Positions 63,117-64,000 of a DNA stretch of 64,000 nucleotides are shown here, one piece after another (the first letter of the stretch is position 1; each line of letters begins with the position of its first letter). The stretch spans positions 1,392,800 through 1,456,799 of the forward strand of contig NZ_CP061703.1 in NCBI RefSeq assembly GCF_014764305.1, written 5' to 3'. Both the position numbers and the translations under genes were made by a program. The notes beneath the pieces were generated by a model. That model was not told the DNA's origin. It searched no databases and worked only from the letters and a program-made list of their open reading frames with translations. The stretch comes from Mesoflavibacter profundi. Its GTDB lineage: Bacteria > Bacteroidota > Bacteroidia > Flavobacteriales > Flavobacteriaceae.

Positions 63117-64000
63117 TGCTTTCGGCTCTTTACTTCAATTAATCTATTATCAACATCCTTATTATAATACTCACATAACCTTTCTATATATCGGTCTATT
63201 ACATTGTTTTTTACTTCTTTTTTTCCATTTAAGAACCCATTATTGATATAGATGTTTTCAGTAGGTTTTGCTTGATTAATAAAACTAAACACTTCATTAG
63301 GCAAATAAGCACTGCATATTACATCCAATAAGCTATTAGACGCATTTTTTAAACTGTTTTTTATGGCTTCTTGACGCACATAATATTTCTCTAACCTAAT
63401 GGCTCCTAAATAATAATCGAAATACTGTATGGCTTTAAAGAACTGTTCTTCCTTAAAATTGTCATAGTAGGCTACTAAACACATTTGCATATAATAACGT
63501 AAATACTCCGACATATCTTTGGTGTACAAAGCATTATAAAAAAGCAATGCTTTTTCTATTTCAAGAGACTTCTGTTCTTTGGTGTTAAAAAGAAAACGAA
63601 ATATGGCGTGATACTTATCTGTATAATCAAAAAAGTTCTGTCCTTTATAGATGGGTTGCCTTATAGCAAAAGGATAGTCTTTTTTAGCTAAAGGTTTTTC
63701 TGCTGATACCAGTAGTACACCATTCTCTGTATATTCTAATTGGTGATAACGCATATTGTTATTATTAGGAAATAAACGAAAAGCGTTTTTAGTCTCTGTA
63801 CTGTACGTGTTTTTTTGAAACTCTGTTAACACTTCCGTTTTATTAGGATACGGGAAATGCGATTGCCCTTTCCATTGTCTCACCTTAAACAATATTTCAT
63901 TGAATAAATGTTTGAGGTCTAGCAAATGGTTATCTTCTTTTCTGGCTTTAAAGGTAATATCTTCCCAAGATTTTGCTTTTTGCTCTTGTAGTTTTTCGGG
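63104..64000 (-). CDS. Hypothetical protein, 5' end beyond the window (frame stays open to position 64000)
   Basis: The ORF is co-oriented with the defence genes and overlaps them by 13 bp. The open frame continues upstream of the TTG the ORF track used as a start. Confidence 0.4.
   Translation of the reverse strand, partial: PEKLQEQKAKSWEDITFKARKEDNHLLDLKHLFNEILFKVRQWKGQSHFPYPNKTEVLTEFQKNTYSTETKNAFRLFPNNNNMRYHQLEYTENGVLLVSAEKPLAKKDYPFAIRQPIYKGQNFFDYTDKYHAIFRFLFNTKEQKSLEIEKALLFYNALYTKDMSEYLRYYMQMCLVAYYDNFKEEQFFKAIQYFDYYLGAIRLEKYYVRQEAIKNSLKNASNSLLDVICSAYLPNEVFSFINQAKPTENIYINNGFLNGKKEVKNNVIDRYIERLCEYYNKDVDNRLIEVKSRKQWIA

Overview
This window is an AT-rich chromosomal region of Bacteroidota (Flavobacteriia-like), judged from T9SS C-terminal sorting domains, several TonB-dependent receptors and TAnnTTTG-type promoters. 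Positions 1 to about 41.7 kb are ordinary housekeeping and envelope genes: a BON/LysM protein, OsmC, nadD, gmk, YicC, an EamA transporter, ArsC-like, metB-like, gdhA, an AlgI/AlgJ-like O-acyltransferase pair, a PorZ-like T9SS protein, recO, recX, a 1570-aa T9SS adhesin, three TonB-dependent receptors, a MocR regulator, a flotillin/NfeD pair, umuC/umuD and atpD/atpC. The accessory part begins at about 41.9 kb. Two perfect 1253-bp inverted repeats (41875..43127 and 56420..57672) each carry an identical 206-aa resolvase/invertase-type serine recombinase gene and the 3' end of a recombinase-domain ORF. They bracket a 13.3-kb cargo. The cargo contains a tightly overlapped three-gene phosphorelay that looks like the Detocs antiphage system: a 1136-aa histidine-kinase-like sensor, a 151-aa receiver-only protein, and a 368-aa receiver with a Toprim-like E...DDD effector in place of the usual PNP domain. 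The cargo also holds an NT5C-type deoxyribonucleotidase, an XRE regulator, a short Xis-like HTH gene absent from the ORF track, and a 1402-aa protein with a primase (DxD) N-terminus fused to an SF2 DEAH helicase. Immediately right of the repeats lie a type I restriction R subunit (no hsdM/hsdS seen in the window), a GmrSD-type (DUF262/DUF1524) type IV restriction enzyme and a further partial gene. Together this forms a defence island next to a recombinase-bounded cassette that may invert or move. No rRNA, tRNA or CRISPR array was seen.
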